Origin: a virus
Lineage: Duplodnaviria; Caudoviricetes
DNA: 30,680 nucleotides
Direction: 5' to 3' (one strand)
Virus record (IMG/VR): IMGVR_UViG_3300005512_000217
Location: 1-30,680 of that record
Position 1 is the stretch's first letter. Every line of letters starts with the position of its first letter. Under the pieces are notes generated by a model that saw only the letters and a program-made list of their open reading frames with translations, made no database searches and had not been told where the DNA came from. Shown piece after piece: positions 7,661 through 16,273 of this stretch. A program made the position numbers and the translations under genes.

Positions 7661-9739
7661 TTATCTAGATAAAAAGCCTTCGTCTCTAACAGGGGCGGCT
7701 TGAGGAACCCTGTCAGGTTCTGGAATCATGCCAGAATCTTGTGTGGCAAGTCGTGCCATCATGTCTTGGTCTGTTTGTTCTACTTCTCTAGCAGGAATAA
7801 AATCTTGTCCGGCGTAGGGTCCGGCAGGGTCTGCGGGGCGGTCCTCTGGGCGGAGTTCGCCGGAAGCTAGTTCACTAGGAGCCAGCATCATTGGAACTGC
7901 AGCGGCGGGGGCAGCACCAAAACCAACCGTCCTTGCTGCTCCCTCTAATCCCATTTCTGTAGCTATGGCTTGTCCAGTTTCTAAAGGTGCCTCTACAAAC
8001 TGACGACCAATCTCTAGAAGAACAGCACCCTTTACGCCCTTGCCTAATTTGTCTAGCATTTTAGAAAGAAGGCTATCCGTATTCACACCCTTTGCAATAG
8101 CTTTATCTGCCATTCCGGGAAAAGCTTCGTCTACGGAAGCAGGGGTAACGGGTTGTTTAGCAACCGGAACCTCTTCGCGAACCGGAAGGTCAAAGTAACC
8201 CTCATATCCTGCGGTTTGGGTCGTGATGCGAGTTTCTGGCATCGGGATTTTGGATTGGATATCGAAACCAGCATCCTTGGCAGCAGTTCCCCAAAATTCT
8301 GCGAACATGTTGGCATTCTGGCGGTCAACCTCACCAACTGCACCCGGAAACGCCTGCTGATAAGTTGTCAGTTCACCTGTGCTGCTCTTACCCGCTGATT
8401 TCAGGCTACGACCTTGCAAATAAGCGAGGCGGTCTTGGTCTACACCAATTGATTGACCCACAGTAGCGTGGATGTTACGTAAAAGGGCCGAACCTTTCTT
8501 ACCAGAGAAGCCTGCAGGAGCCAAACTGTCAAAATAACGGCCTGTACTGGCATCGAAAGCGATATCCTTGACCTTGACATCTTTTAACAAGTCTGTCATG
8601 TCTGCAGATGTAACAACTTTACCATTTGGCTTGACAAAGAAATTTTCTTTGTTGCCAGCAGCTAGGTTTTCTTGTAAGATGCTATCTGCAATCGGGTTCA
8701 AGGGGATGTTCACGGCTCGACCCTTGGCACCTTTGGTTTCTGCCTCAATGTAGATAGCACCGCTATCTGGCTTGTAGGCATTTAACTGAAGACCGGCAGC
8801 AGCGTTAGGACGAAGACCAGTGTTGAGGTTAAAAATGATTGCTTGTGCAATAGCTTTGGTGTTAGGGTTGTCAAGATACTTGGCGACACCCGCGAACAGT
8901 TGGCTCATCTTGGCTTTATCTGGGTTGATAGCAACCTCTGATACGGCCTTTGCTGGTTCGCTACGTCCAAAGATACGGTTGTTTAAATCTGTGTTCGGAG
9001 CCTTATCTGGCAACAGCTTGTATTCTGGTGTGTCAGGACCAAGCGAACCCTTTAAGGTTAAACCGACTTGGCGAAGGTTTTGCATCGCTGTTTTTACAGT
9101 CGATGTATCCTCAGTGCCTTTAAAAGTCTTTGAAAGAAGAGTGTTTCCTTCGGGGTCCTTTTCGAACAGCCGTAGGGCGGAGCCGGGTTCATCTGCAATG
9201 TCTTTAAAAAATTGTAATGAAGAAGTAACAAACGCCTTACCCCGCTTCGACTTCTCAGCGTAGGATTCAGCAACTTCACGGAGAGTAGCGGTTTTGGGGT
9301 CTAGTTCTGCCACGGGTTGATTTGCTGCCTTCGGTGTTTTTGCTGTTGTTATATTCTTGGATGCAGATGCGCCTTTTTCTTGCATCTCCATAGTCTTGCC
9401 AAATTTCTTTTGATAATCCTTAAAACTTTTCTCTTCGAACATTTCAGGTGCTTCTAAACGAATGGCATCTGCAATGCTAAATTTTGCATTTTCATCTGCA
9501 AGCGGAAAGCCACTAAAATCTAAAAACGCTATGGCTTGTTCGGCAGTTAATTTTTTAGGCGTTTTTACTCGTGTTTGACCCGGTTTTCCCCCAAAAGCCT
9601 CGAACAGTGCTTTCATATCCTCATCAGAACTGTTTTCAATATAGGGGATGTCCATATATTGTCTGAAAACAACTAAAGCATCTTGTACAATCTTTTGGGC
9701 AGTACCTTTTCCTTTATTGATGTTTGTTATCTCTGCCAC
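7661..9739 (-). CDS. Large protein with a central tyrosine recombinase-like domain
   Basis: Box I NTGLRP, TKG lysine, R-VNIPL, box II ALLRNIHAT, LQGR, and TTY tyrosine; long low-complexity flanks. Confidence 0.7.
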   Translation of the reverse strand: MAEITNINKGKGTAQKIVQDALVVFRQYMDIPYIENSSDEDMKALFEAFGGKPGQTRVKTPKKLTAEQAIAFLDFSGFPLADENAKFSIADAIRLEAPEMFEEKSFKDYQKKFGKTMEMQEKGASASKNITTAKTPKAANQPVAELDPKTATLREVAESYAEKSKRGKAFVTSSLQFFKDIADEPGSALRLFEKDPEGNTLLSKTFKGTEDTSTVKTAMQNLRQVGLTLKGSLGPDTPEYKLLPDKAPNTDLNNRIFGRSEPAKAVSEVAINPDKAKMSQLFAGVAKYLDNPNTKAIAQAIIFNLNTGLRPNAAAGLQLNAYKPDSGAIYIEAETKGAKGRAVNIPLNPIADSILQENLAAGNKENFFVKPNGKVVTSADMTDLLKDVKVKDIAFDASTGRYFDSLAPAGFSGKKGSALLRNIHATVGQSIGVDQDRLAYLQGRSLKSAGKSSTGELTTYQQAFPGAVGEVDRQNANMFAEFWGTAAKDAGFDIQSKIPMPETRITTQTAGYEGYFDLPVREEVPVAKQPVTPASVDEAFPGMADKAIAKGVNTDSLLSKMLDKLGKGVKGAVLLEIGRQFVEAPLETGQAIATEMGLEGAARTVGFGAAPAAAVPMMLAPSELASGELRPEDRPADPAGPYAGQDFIPAREVEQTDQDMMARLATQDSGMIPEPDRVPQAAPVRDEGFLSR

Positions 9740-9741
9740 GA

Positions 9742-11463
9742 CTAATATCCAAATGTAGCATCATAGGGCTTAAAGGTCTGGTCCTTTATCCCCTGAAGCG
9801 TTTTATGTATAGATTGATAACCAGATGTTCGCGTCATAACCATATATCGCAACGCATCATAGGCATGGTCCTCTGCTCGCGTGTCTACATCTTCGCTGTT
9901 AGTTTTGGAGAGTGGAATGCCTGATAACTGTGCAATGATATGCTTACAAGTGGAAAAAATCCGCATACGGGGTTCTTTGGAGTATGGGTCGTCAGCAAGC
10001 CGCCTGTGTAGTTCCATTTTTCCTTGAAGACGGTTGCGGTCTGAGGGAGTCCACCTAACCCCGGCCCTCATCATAGTTTCTGCGATTGATGGGCCGAATC
10101 CGGTTTTGTTCCAGCAGGAAGAGTCAAGGACCGTATAGTGTGGTGTAGGGTCTAACTCTTCACATTCTAATATTTTATCAGCCAATTGCTCTGCTGTCAA
10201 GTGTTTTACGTAAAGTTCACGATAAACCCAAATATTATTATCCCAGTCAATAGCACCCCACAGAACACACGACGGCGACGAGTAGCCGTAGTCGGCGGCT
10301 CGTATGCGGGGCCAGTTCGTGGGAAGGTCAAAATGTTCGACCACATGTCGTGTCCTTGAAAACTCTGGGAAGGCCGCTCCCTCTGCCACATCCCAATCCC
10401 CTTCAAGAAGCCGTCTACGCTCGACTTCTGGGAGTGACCGAAGCATGGCCTCGTACTGACCATCTGCCATCAGGAAGGGGTTATCTGTCAGCCGTGCTGG
10501 GATAAACTTGCGGTAGAACAGAGGCTGACCTGCTTTTGGATGATTTTCAGGCCACACGAAAGTACGGCCTGTCTCTAGGTCTTTAGCCCCGAACGCCTTA
10601 TTGGGTTCGTGAGCATCAATGTACATCTTCTTGACCCACCAGCCACCAACACCGCCGGGGTTTGCTGTGCAGCGCATGGTCAGGTTCTTTTGTAGTTCAG
10701 GGTCTGTTGAACGGAGACGAGAACGCAAGTAATCCCAGACGTAGCTCGACGGGTATTGAGTTATCTCATCTATGCCAATCCAGTTGAACGCCTGTCCCTG
10801 AAAACGGGTAACGTCTTTGTCCCTGTCGAGATAGGTGAACCACATGGTTGCACCAGACGGGAACACCCACGTTGACTTCGACTCGCGGAAGATGGCTCCG
10901 GGAAAAGCCTTGGGGTATAACTGCTTTGACTTGTCGATGAGTTCTGTTAGTTCGTCTAACGTGCGGCGAAGAAGAAGTCCACGATGATTAGCATTGTGAC
11001 AATAGCGTAAGGGGTCAGCAAGTAGAGCAAACGACTTGCCTCCGCCAGCGGCTCCCCCATAGAGTACATCTTGTTCAGGGGCAGAGAGGAAATCTTCTTG
11101 AGGCCCCTCGTTAGGTTTAAATATAACAGGCGTGTCATCTATCAGGTCCGTTACGGCTTGGGGTAATACATCTAAATCACCAGCGTCTACTACGCGGGTC
11201 TTGTTGCCGTTCAGGGCATCTTGTATGTTCGCGGCTGCGGCAGTTAGGTCCTTGACCTTCTTGCGCTTGCGAGCAACACGAGTTTCTTCACGTTGCTGTT
11301 GCTTCTTTGCATTCCGCAACTTCATCTGCACAGAACGCCGCGCACGTTCCCGGTCACTAATCTTGTGCGTGGTTTTGGATTCGCCGGGTCTTTTCTTAGG
11401 TCTTCCGACCTTGCCTAAGTCTTCTGGGTTCGGGGGGACTAGGACTCTTTTGCGTGGGGCCAC
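9742..11463 (-). CDS. terL: Terminase large subunit
   Basis: Walker A YGGAAGGGKS, Walker B IGIDE, motif III TANPGG, nuclease DYG and EDHAYDALRY. Confidence 0.95.
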   Translation of the reverse strand: MAPRKRVLVPPNPEDLGKVGRPKKRPGESKTTHKISDRERARRSVQMKLRNAKKQQQREETRVARKRKKVKDLTAAAANIQDALNGNKTRVVDAGDLDVLPQAVTDLIDDTPVIFKPNEGPQEDFLSAPEQDVLYGGAAGGGKSFALLADPLRYCHNANHRGLLLRRTLDELTELIDKSKQLYPKAFPGAIFRESKSTWVFPSGATMWFTYLDRDKDVTRFQGQAFNWIGIDEITQYPSSYVWDYLRSRLRSTDPELQKNLTMRCTANPGGVGGWWVKKMYIDAHEPNKAFGAKDLETGRTFVWPENHPKAGQPLFYRKFIPARLTDNPFLMADGQYEAMLRSLPEVERRRLLEGDWDVAEGAAFPEFSRTRHVVEHFDLPTNWPRIRAADYGYSSPSCVLWGAIDWDNNIWVYRELYVKHLTAEQLADKILECEELDPTPHYTVLDSSCWNKTGFGPSIAETMMRAGVRWTPSDRNRLQGKMELHRRLADDPYSKEPRMRIFSTCKHIIAQLSGIPLSKTNSEDVDTRAEDHAYDALRYMVMTRTSGYQSIHKTLQGIKDQTFKPYDATFGY

Positions 11464-11466
11464 GGG

Positions 11467-11739
11467 CTAATCGTCGTCGTCATCTTTACGGACGATGATT
11501 TTCATACCGTCTATTTCTTCGACGGTAGTCTCTGCAGACTTAGCTGCTTTACGAGTTTTGCCGGTCAACCCTGCTTTTTCTGCAAGGTAGATGATTGCAG
11601 ATGAAAGAGGAGAACCTGCCTTTGGGTCCGTTGCAATTTCTTTATAACTACGAGAAGGAACAGTACCGTCCTTATTTAAAAGTGTGCGTGTTTTTTTTGA
11701 CATAACCTCAATCCTTATTTCCTTGGGCCTTGCGACCAC
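11467..11739 (-). CDS. Hypothetical protein
   Basis: 90 aa in the packaging operon; the start is uncertain. Confidence 0.5.
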   Translation of the reverse strand: MVARPKEIRIEVMSKKTRTLLNKDGTVPSRSYKEIATDPKAGSPLSSAIIYLAEKAGLTGKTRKAAKSAETTVEEIDGMKIIVRKDDDDD

Positions 11740-11992
11740 GGCAAGATGACATCTTCTTCACACCGCCCTTGGGGGTGCCGTACCGGTAGCCGGGGACTTT
11801 GCCGCCCTTGGCTTTGGCTTTCTGTTCGCGAACCTCGTAGCCGAACTTCTTCAACTGAGACTTCAGGAACCGTGATGCTTCTGCGTCTGACATTTCTTCT
11901 TTTCGTGCGAAATCCATAACACGAGACACAACCTCATCGTAGCTAGGTTTTTCAGGTGATAGGGCTTTCATTGCGTTTCTTGCTAGTTCCAT
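11708..11992 (-). CDS. Hypothetical small protein with an AKGGKV-GY-YG motif
   Basis: 94 aa, coupled to terS; the motif is shared with two other proteins. Confidence 0.65.
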   Translation of the reverse strand: MELARNAMKALSPEKPSYDEVVSRVMDFARKEEMSDAEASRFLKSQLKKFGYEVREQKAKAKGGKVPGYRYGTPKGGVKKMSSCRGRKAQGNKD

Positions 11993-11996
11993 AACT

Positions 11997-12398
11997 TTAT
12001 CCGTCTATGACGACCTCTTTCTTGGGTGGCAACAGGACAACCCCGTGGATTGCCTGTACGTTGTGGTTCATTGTTTCCTGTTTTGCGATACCAACGCGGT
12101 TCAGGATGCTTTCCGCTGCCTTCATCCGCAAGTCATCTCCACGTTCGATGTCAGGGGCCGTTACGAGGCTTGCCAACTTGTTCGCGGCTGACAAGGAGTG
12201 GCCCGCTAACATGACTTTGGTGCGTTCGATGATTTCATCGGCTAGACGTTCCTTTAACCACGTAACTGACTTGGGGGAATAGCCAACGAGTTCGGCAGCA
12301 ACGGTCATATTGCCGTTGTTTTCGAACAAGGCATCTAGGAACTGCTCCTGCTTTTCAGTTAGGGCAGCTTTTTTATTTGTCTGGGGTAATAAATTCAT
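11997..12398 (-). CDS. terS: Terminase small subunit
   Basis: LTEKQEQFLDAL..AAELVGYS HTH, AAESILNRVG, C-terminal VVLLPPK; upstream of terL. Confidence 0.8.
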   Translation of the reverse strand: MNLLPQTNKKAALTEKQEQFLDALFENNGNMTVAAELVGYSPKSVTWLKERLADEIIERTKVMLAGHSLSAANKLASLVTAPDIERGDDLRMKAAESILNRVGIAKQETMNHNVQAIHGVVLLPPKKEVVIDG

Positions 12399-12404
12399 AA
12401 GGAT

Positions 12405-12605
12405 TTACGTTGAAGTACCTTTTATGTTGGTACACTTCCATTTTATATTTAGTTCAAAGAGATTCACACTCTTGGCAAACTCTGCCATTTCGTCGATACG
12501 ACGGATGCAGTCGGGTTTACTGGTGTAGGGACCTCTTGTGTCGTTCAACTCAACACATTCTTCGGGTGCTGCAGCTAAACATATCAGTAGGGCAGCTTCG
12601 AACAT
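12405..12605 (-). CDS. Small Cys-containing protein with a hydrophobic N-terminus
   Basis: Start re-set to ATG 12605 (RBS GGGAG): MFEAALLICLAAAPEECVEL...GPYTSKPDC...KWKC. Confidence 0.65.
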   Translation of the reverse strand: MFEAALLICLAAAPEECVELNDTRGPYTSKPDCIRRIDEMAEFAKSVNLFELNIKWKCTNIKGTST

Positions 12606-12639
12606 GGTGTTCTCCCGCGAACATGTGGCATACCCTTGT

Positions 12640-12668
12640 ATTATGGGGGGTTTTGGAACCCCTGTCAA
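12640..12668 (-). promoter_or_regulatory. sigma70-type promoter TTGACA-17-CATAAT heading the packaging/structural module
   Basis: -35 at 12668-12663, -10 at 12645-12640. Confidence 0.7.
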
Positions 12669-12719
12669 CCCGTTTCCTGCATGGTTTACCATAAAATAAC
12701 CAAAAATGAAAAAAAGGTG

Positions 12720-12748
12720 TTGACAAATCGTGAATTTGACTGTACCAT
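12720..12748 (+). promoter_or_regulatory. sigma70-type promoter TTGACA-17-TACCAT
   Basis: -35 at 12720-12725, -10 at 12743-12748, with an A-tract upstream; divergent from the promoter at 12668. Confidence 0.7.
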
Positions 12749-12754
12749 GGGACT

Positions 12755-12859
12755 AGTCCTGCCGGGGTAAACCCTATATCCACCCCGGTTCTCCCCCGGT
12801 ACCCCCAAAGGTTCGCAAAGTTACCCCCTGTTGGTTCGCCCAGCGGGGGTTTTTTCTTT
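12755..12859 (+). ncRNA. Candidate small RNA of about 105 nt
   Basis: Bounded by a promoter and an intrinsic terminator; 5' stem GCCGGGGU/ACCCCGGU; C-rich linker; no credible ORF. Confidence 0.55.
12825..12859 (+). terminator. Intrinsic terminator
   Basis: CCCCUGUUGG/CCAGCGGGGG stem followed by UUUUUUCUUU. Confidence 0.7.
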
Positions 12860-13025
12860 GGGGACCCCTGTCTCCCCAATGGTTCGCAAATTAACCATAC
12901 CGATAACCTAAAAAGTAGAAAAAATATGTCGGGTTTGCATAGCAAATGCCGGGGGGGTGGGGTGTCCCTCGCGTACCCGCGCACGGTCAGAAATTTATTT
13001 CGTTTTGTCACATCGCCGATACCTT

Positions 13026-13080
13026 AACCCCGCGAACATAAGCCAAACCCCGCGAACACACACACTAAACCCCGCGAACA
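13026..13080 (+). repeat. Three direct repeats of AACCCCGCGAACA
   Basis: Copies at 13026-13038, 13046-13058 and 13068-13080 (periods of 20 and 22 bp). Confidence 0.9.
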
Positions 13081-13235
13081 TACGCGCCCGCCCGCGCCCG
13101 TGTAGTTGATTTGTCATGCCGGATAGATTGGGGGATGGCCTTTCGGCCTAAAGAATATATACAATCCCAACCAAACCAGCCCGCCGGATATACAAGGGAT
13201 TACCGCCGGTTACCGCCCATTAATATAACCGGCAC

Positions 13236-13270
13236 AAAAAAACCCCCCCGCCGACTAGGGCAAGGGGGGC
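13236..13270 (-). terminator. Intrinsic terminator closing the early region
   Basis: Minus strand CCCCCUUGCC-cuaguc-GGCGGGGGGG followed by U7. Confidence 0.75.
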
Positions 13271-13336
13271 AAGGTTGGGGCGGGTTTATAGGGAGGATAG
13301 CAACAACCCCCGCCCCATGGGTTCGCAGGGTTCCCC

Positions 13337-13633
13337 CTAGTTGTTCGCGGGAGACGCGACAAGCTGCATGGCGTGGGTGAATGGGTCGACGTCGCGGTCA
13401 TCAAAGGTTCGTTGAGTTACCGGCTGTGTTCCCTCGAAGATAGCCGAACCATTATCAAGATGCCCAAACCGGTTCGCGGCTGCCATCAGTTCGGGGCAAT
13501 GCTTATCCAATATCGCCCGCTGGTTCAAATCCATGCAGGCAACAGCATTGTGCAAACTGCGAACAGCCCCTTGCAAAGCAAATGCGCGGGTATCAACAAC
13601 GCCAACATTTAAGAGATAAGATTTAAAAGACAT
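13337..13633 (-). CDS. Hypothetical early protein
   Basis: 98 aa; RBS GAAAGGA and its own promoter upstream. Confidence 0.7.
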   Translation of the reverse strand: MSFKSYLLNVGVVDTRAFALQGAVRSLHNAVACMDLNQRAILDKHCPELMAAANRFGHLDNGSAIFEGTQPVTQRTFDDRDVDPFTHAMQLVASPANN

Positions 13634-13690
13634 GGTTCGGTTCCTTTCGGTAAATGGTAAAAGAGCGGGGCAACATCACCCCGCCCTAAT

Positions 13691-13719
13691 GTTATGACAC
13701 AACCGGAATCAGGATGCAA
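13691..13719 (-). promoter_or_regulatory. Promoter TTGCAT-17-CATAAC followed by a 5' GCGGGG/CCCCGC hairpin
   Basis: -35 at 13719-13714, -10 at 13696-13691; the leader resembles the one at 15301-15328. Confidence 0.55.
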
Positions 13720-14104
13720 GCCGGTAAAGTTTCCGGTATTCCCTGCGCCCGCTGCGCTTGGTTTCAATCTGGTAACCATGCCGCCGGATATCATTCATGT
13801 AAGTCATAAGGGTATGCTGACTATATCCCAGCAATCCCCGCAACATTGGGGTCGTGGTATAATCCCGCTTCAATTCGGCAATGATGCGGTAATGTCCCTT
13901 GCAAAGTGTTCGCGGGCGTTTCACCGGCTCGACTGGTGTCGCCGCTGCCGTGGCTTCTGGCAAGCTTTCAACAAGCGGCCTGCCGTGGTCGTTCCATGCC
14001 TCATAGAGACTGGCACGAAGCTTGGCCTTGGCCTTGTTTTCGGCAAGGGTCATCAGTTGTTCGCAAAGTTCCTTCATGGCCTTATCATTATCAAACTGTG
14101 TCAT
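13709..14104 (-). CDS. Hypothetical protein with a C-terminal winged-HTH-like region
   Basis: Start re-set to ATG 14104 (MTQFDNDK); LRGLLGYSQHTLMTYMNDIRRHGYQIET...YRL resembles a wHTH. Confidence 0.6.
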   Translation of the reverse strand: MTQFDNDKAMKELCEQLMTLAENKAKAKLRASLYEAWNDHGRPLVESLPEATAAATPVEPVKRPRTLCKGHYRIIAELKRDYTTTPMLRGLLGYSQHTLMTYMNDIRRHGYQIETKRSGRREYRKLYRLAS

Positions 14105-14163
14105 TTCGTGGTTCTTTCCGCCCCGCAGGGCATTGGTTGGTTTAAGCAATAAAGACCGCATAT

Positions 14164-14192
14164 ATTATAGAGATTATCAACAGCACGGTCAG
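14164..14192 (-). promoter_or_regulatory. Promoter CTGACC-17-TATAAT
   Basis: -35 at 14192-14187, -10 at 14169-14164. Confidence 0.6.
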
Positions 14193-14273
14193 ACTGCGAT
14201 AAATTACATAAAGGGCTTCCATCGGTTATCTTTCATATCACAAAGAAGATTAAGAAGAGCAACACGGTTTCAA

Positions 14274-15275
14274 TCATGCTGCTAACTTTCCGGCAAAGCC
14301 CAGCCATGCCTTAGACTGTATAAGGTCACGAACAGCAATTGAGTTATCAAGCCGTTTCTTCTCTTCCCTGCCACCTTTGTTTGCATCGGGCAAATGAGTT
14401 GACCAGTGGGTTAGGGCATTAAATGCCGCCCACATTGTCTGGCCTAATTCGCGGGTTTCTTTCCCATACAGGTCTAATAAGGTCGCAAGCTTCTTTTGAT
14501 TGACTTTCAATTCGTCATTATTTTCGGCAACTTTTCCCGCCTTATCTATTAAACCGGAAGCAATCAAAACATCATTAAACTGCTTTTCGGTCATGGTTTT
14601 CTCGCGGTAAAGCTGCATCGTTTCCGATTGTTCGGTCCACATATCCAAACCTAAAACGCCTTTTGTGATTAGGGCTGCGCTATTCATGTTTTTTGTATGT
14701 TTCATTTTCTGGTGATATGCCTTTTCCCCGCCAAAAACCAAGGTATTGCGGCAAAGGTCACGATAAGCCCCGCTGAACACTTGCAGCGTCCAAGTTTTAT
14801 CAACACTATTAAAGATATCCAGACGACACCGGCTCACATCCTCTTGACCTGTTCTCGTCCGGCTGCGGTCGATTAAATCGTGAAAATAGATTGTCCGGTG
14901 AACACGCAAACCCTCTTGGTATATCCGGTCGCAAACTTCCACATTGCCTAGTTTACCCCGCAAACCGGAACCGCTCAAAATGTCGGATTGTTCCTGCATC
15001 AGTTTGTGGTGTGGTTTTAAGCTGTAGGTTTCAAGATTAAACGGTACAATATCAACAACCCGATTTGTGCGGATATTTTGCAAAGCGTGATATTTCATGC
15101 GCTGCATATCAACAATGCCGTTCGGGTCAGTGGTGACCGCTTCCACCGGCACCGGCTCGAAGCTGGCGAATTCATGGTAAAGACTGCAATCATTTATATC
15201 ATGATGGACGCTAAAAATATCCTCGCCTTTTGCTTTAGCGTTTTCGATTGCTTTGGTTGGTATCAAATCAAACAT
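14274..15275 (-). CDS. DUF932/DUF945-like protein
   Basis: 333 aa; IFNSVD, GAYRDLCRNTLV, MKHT, TMWAAFNALTHWSTH match the family pattern. Confidence 0.75.
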   Translation of the reverse strand: MFDLIPTKAIENAKAKGEDIFSVHHDINDCSLYHEFASFEPVPVEAVTTDPNGIVDMQRMKYHALQNIRTNRVVDIVPFNLETYSLKPHHKLMQEQSDILSGSGLRGKLGNVEVCDRIYQEGLRVHRTIYFHDLIDRSRTRTGQEDVSRCRLDIFNSVDKTWTLQVFSGAYRDLCRNTLVFGGEKAYHQKMKHTKNMNSAALITKGVLGLDMWTEQSETMQLYREKTMTEKQFNDVLIASGLIDKAGKVAENNDELKVNQKKLATLLDLYGKETRELGQTMWAAFNALTHWSTHLPDANKGGREEKKRLDNSIAVRDLIQSKAWLGFAGKLAA

Positions 15276-15322
15276 GGTTGGTTATTCCTTCTTGTTGGTT
15301 AGCGGGACAACCCCGCCTAACT

Positions 15323-15351
15323 GTTATGCCACCGCCCGCCGAATCGGTCAA
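15323..15351 (-). promoter_or_regulatory. Promoter TTGACC-17-CATAAC followed by a 5' hairpin
   Basis: -35 at 15351-15346, -10 at 15328-15323; GCGGG/CCCGC hairpin at about 15302-15316. Confidence 0.6.
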
Positions 15352-15503
15352 CAATAAAAATAGATAAATAAAATGGATGCCGCCCCGCGACTCGCGACAC
15401 CCGCTGCTAATACCGCACCCAATCCCCCCGAACCACCAAGGATAATTGCAAGTAACATACTAGCCCCAATCAAAAAGTTTAGCGTGGTTGATTTGTCATT
15501 TGG

Positions 15504-16208
15504 TCAATGCGTAACAAACAAGATTTGTTTATCCGGTGCAGACCAACACAGGGTACAGGTCGCGCACGATTCCGCCTTGCCGGTTTGTTCAGGACAAACG
15601 ATAGATTTGTTTTTAACTGGCTTGAATAAGTCGGCACTGTTCGCGCTAAACTGCCAATCCGGTGCGTTACTAAAACGGACGTTGAACCGGTCACCAAACC
15701 CGCCCCGAACGGCACGAAGCGCAAGCCCGATATCGCTGTTTGGCTCATAGCCGGTAAAGCCCCAGACCGCCAAATTATCAAATTTAGATAACAGATGCTG
15801 CCAGACTGCAACATAATCAACAGAATAAAAGTCGCCTAACACATGCAACCGGACAATCACCCCTTTATAGGTGGCGCATAGTTCTTCTATCTCATTTTTT
15901 ATTCGCTGTTCTAATTCGCTGCCATGCTGCAGCCGGTGCGCGAACATCATATTATTACCATAGCAATTATCCCAATGGTAACAAGAGCGGGGACAGGTGG
16001 CGCGTTCTTCTAAAGTTAAGGTGTAAATCACATAGCCCTTGAACTTGCCCTTTTTAATTACAGGCAATCTATCTTTTGAAAGCTTCGTATTTTTAGACTG
16101 CTTTAAAACCTGATTAAAACTGCCATCTTTCCTTTTATAATCCGCCAGCATTTTAACGGATTTGGGATACATGGTCACGGCTGGCTTGTTTATATCTGCC
16201 TTTTTCAT
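15504..16208 (-). CDS. GP88-like Cys-rich (radical SAM-like Fe-S) protein
   Basis: TCPRSCYHWDNCY, VRLHVLGDF, and C-terminal CP...CATCTLCW. Confidence 0.7.
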   Translation of the reverse strand: MKKADINKPAVTMYPKSVKMLADYKRKDGSFNQVLKQSKNTKLSKDRLPVIKKGKFKGYVIYTLTLEERATCPRSCYHWDNCYGNNMMFAHRLQHGSELEQRIKNEIEELCATYKGVIVRLHVLGDFYSVDYVAVWQHLLSKFDNLAVWGFTGYEPNSDIGLALRAVRGGFGDRFNVRFSNAPDWQFSANSADLFKPVKNKSIVCPEQTGKAESCATCTLCWSAPDKQILFVTH

Positions 16209-16244
16209 CGGTTCGGGTTCCTTTGTTGGTTTGTTGATTACCTA

Positions 16245-16273
16245 CCTTTAAGGATAATAACCGGCATGGTCAA
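16245..16273 (-). promoter_or_regulatory. Promoter TTGACC-17-TAAAGG
   Basis: -35 at 16273-16268, -10 at 16250-16245, upstream of the GP88-like gene. Confidence 0.5.

Noticed and set aside
304-12694. Numerous plus-strand ORFs opposite the structural genes, and minus-strand ORFs opposite the replication genes
   Set aside because: These are antisense shadows of well-supported genes, with no RBS or motifs.
13026-13080. CRISPR mini-array
   Set aside because: The repeats are 13 bp with 7-9 bp spacers, far too short, and there is no cas operon.
12550-13380. Track ORFs 12550..13011 and 13111..13380
   Set aside because: Low-complexity translations across promoters, terminators and repeats, with no RBS.
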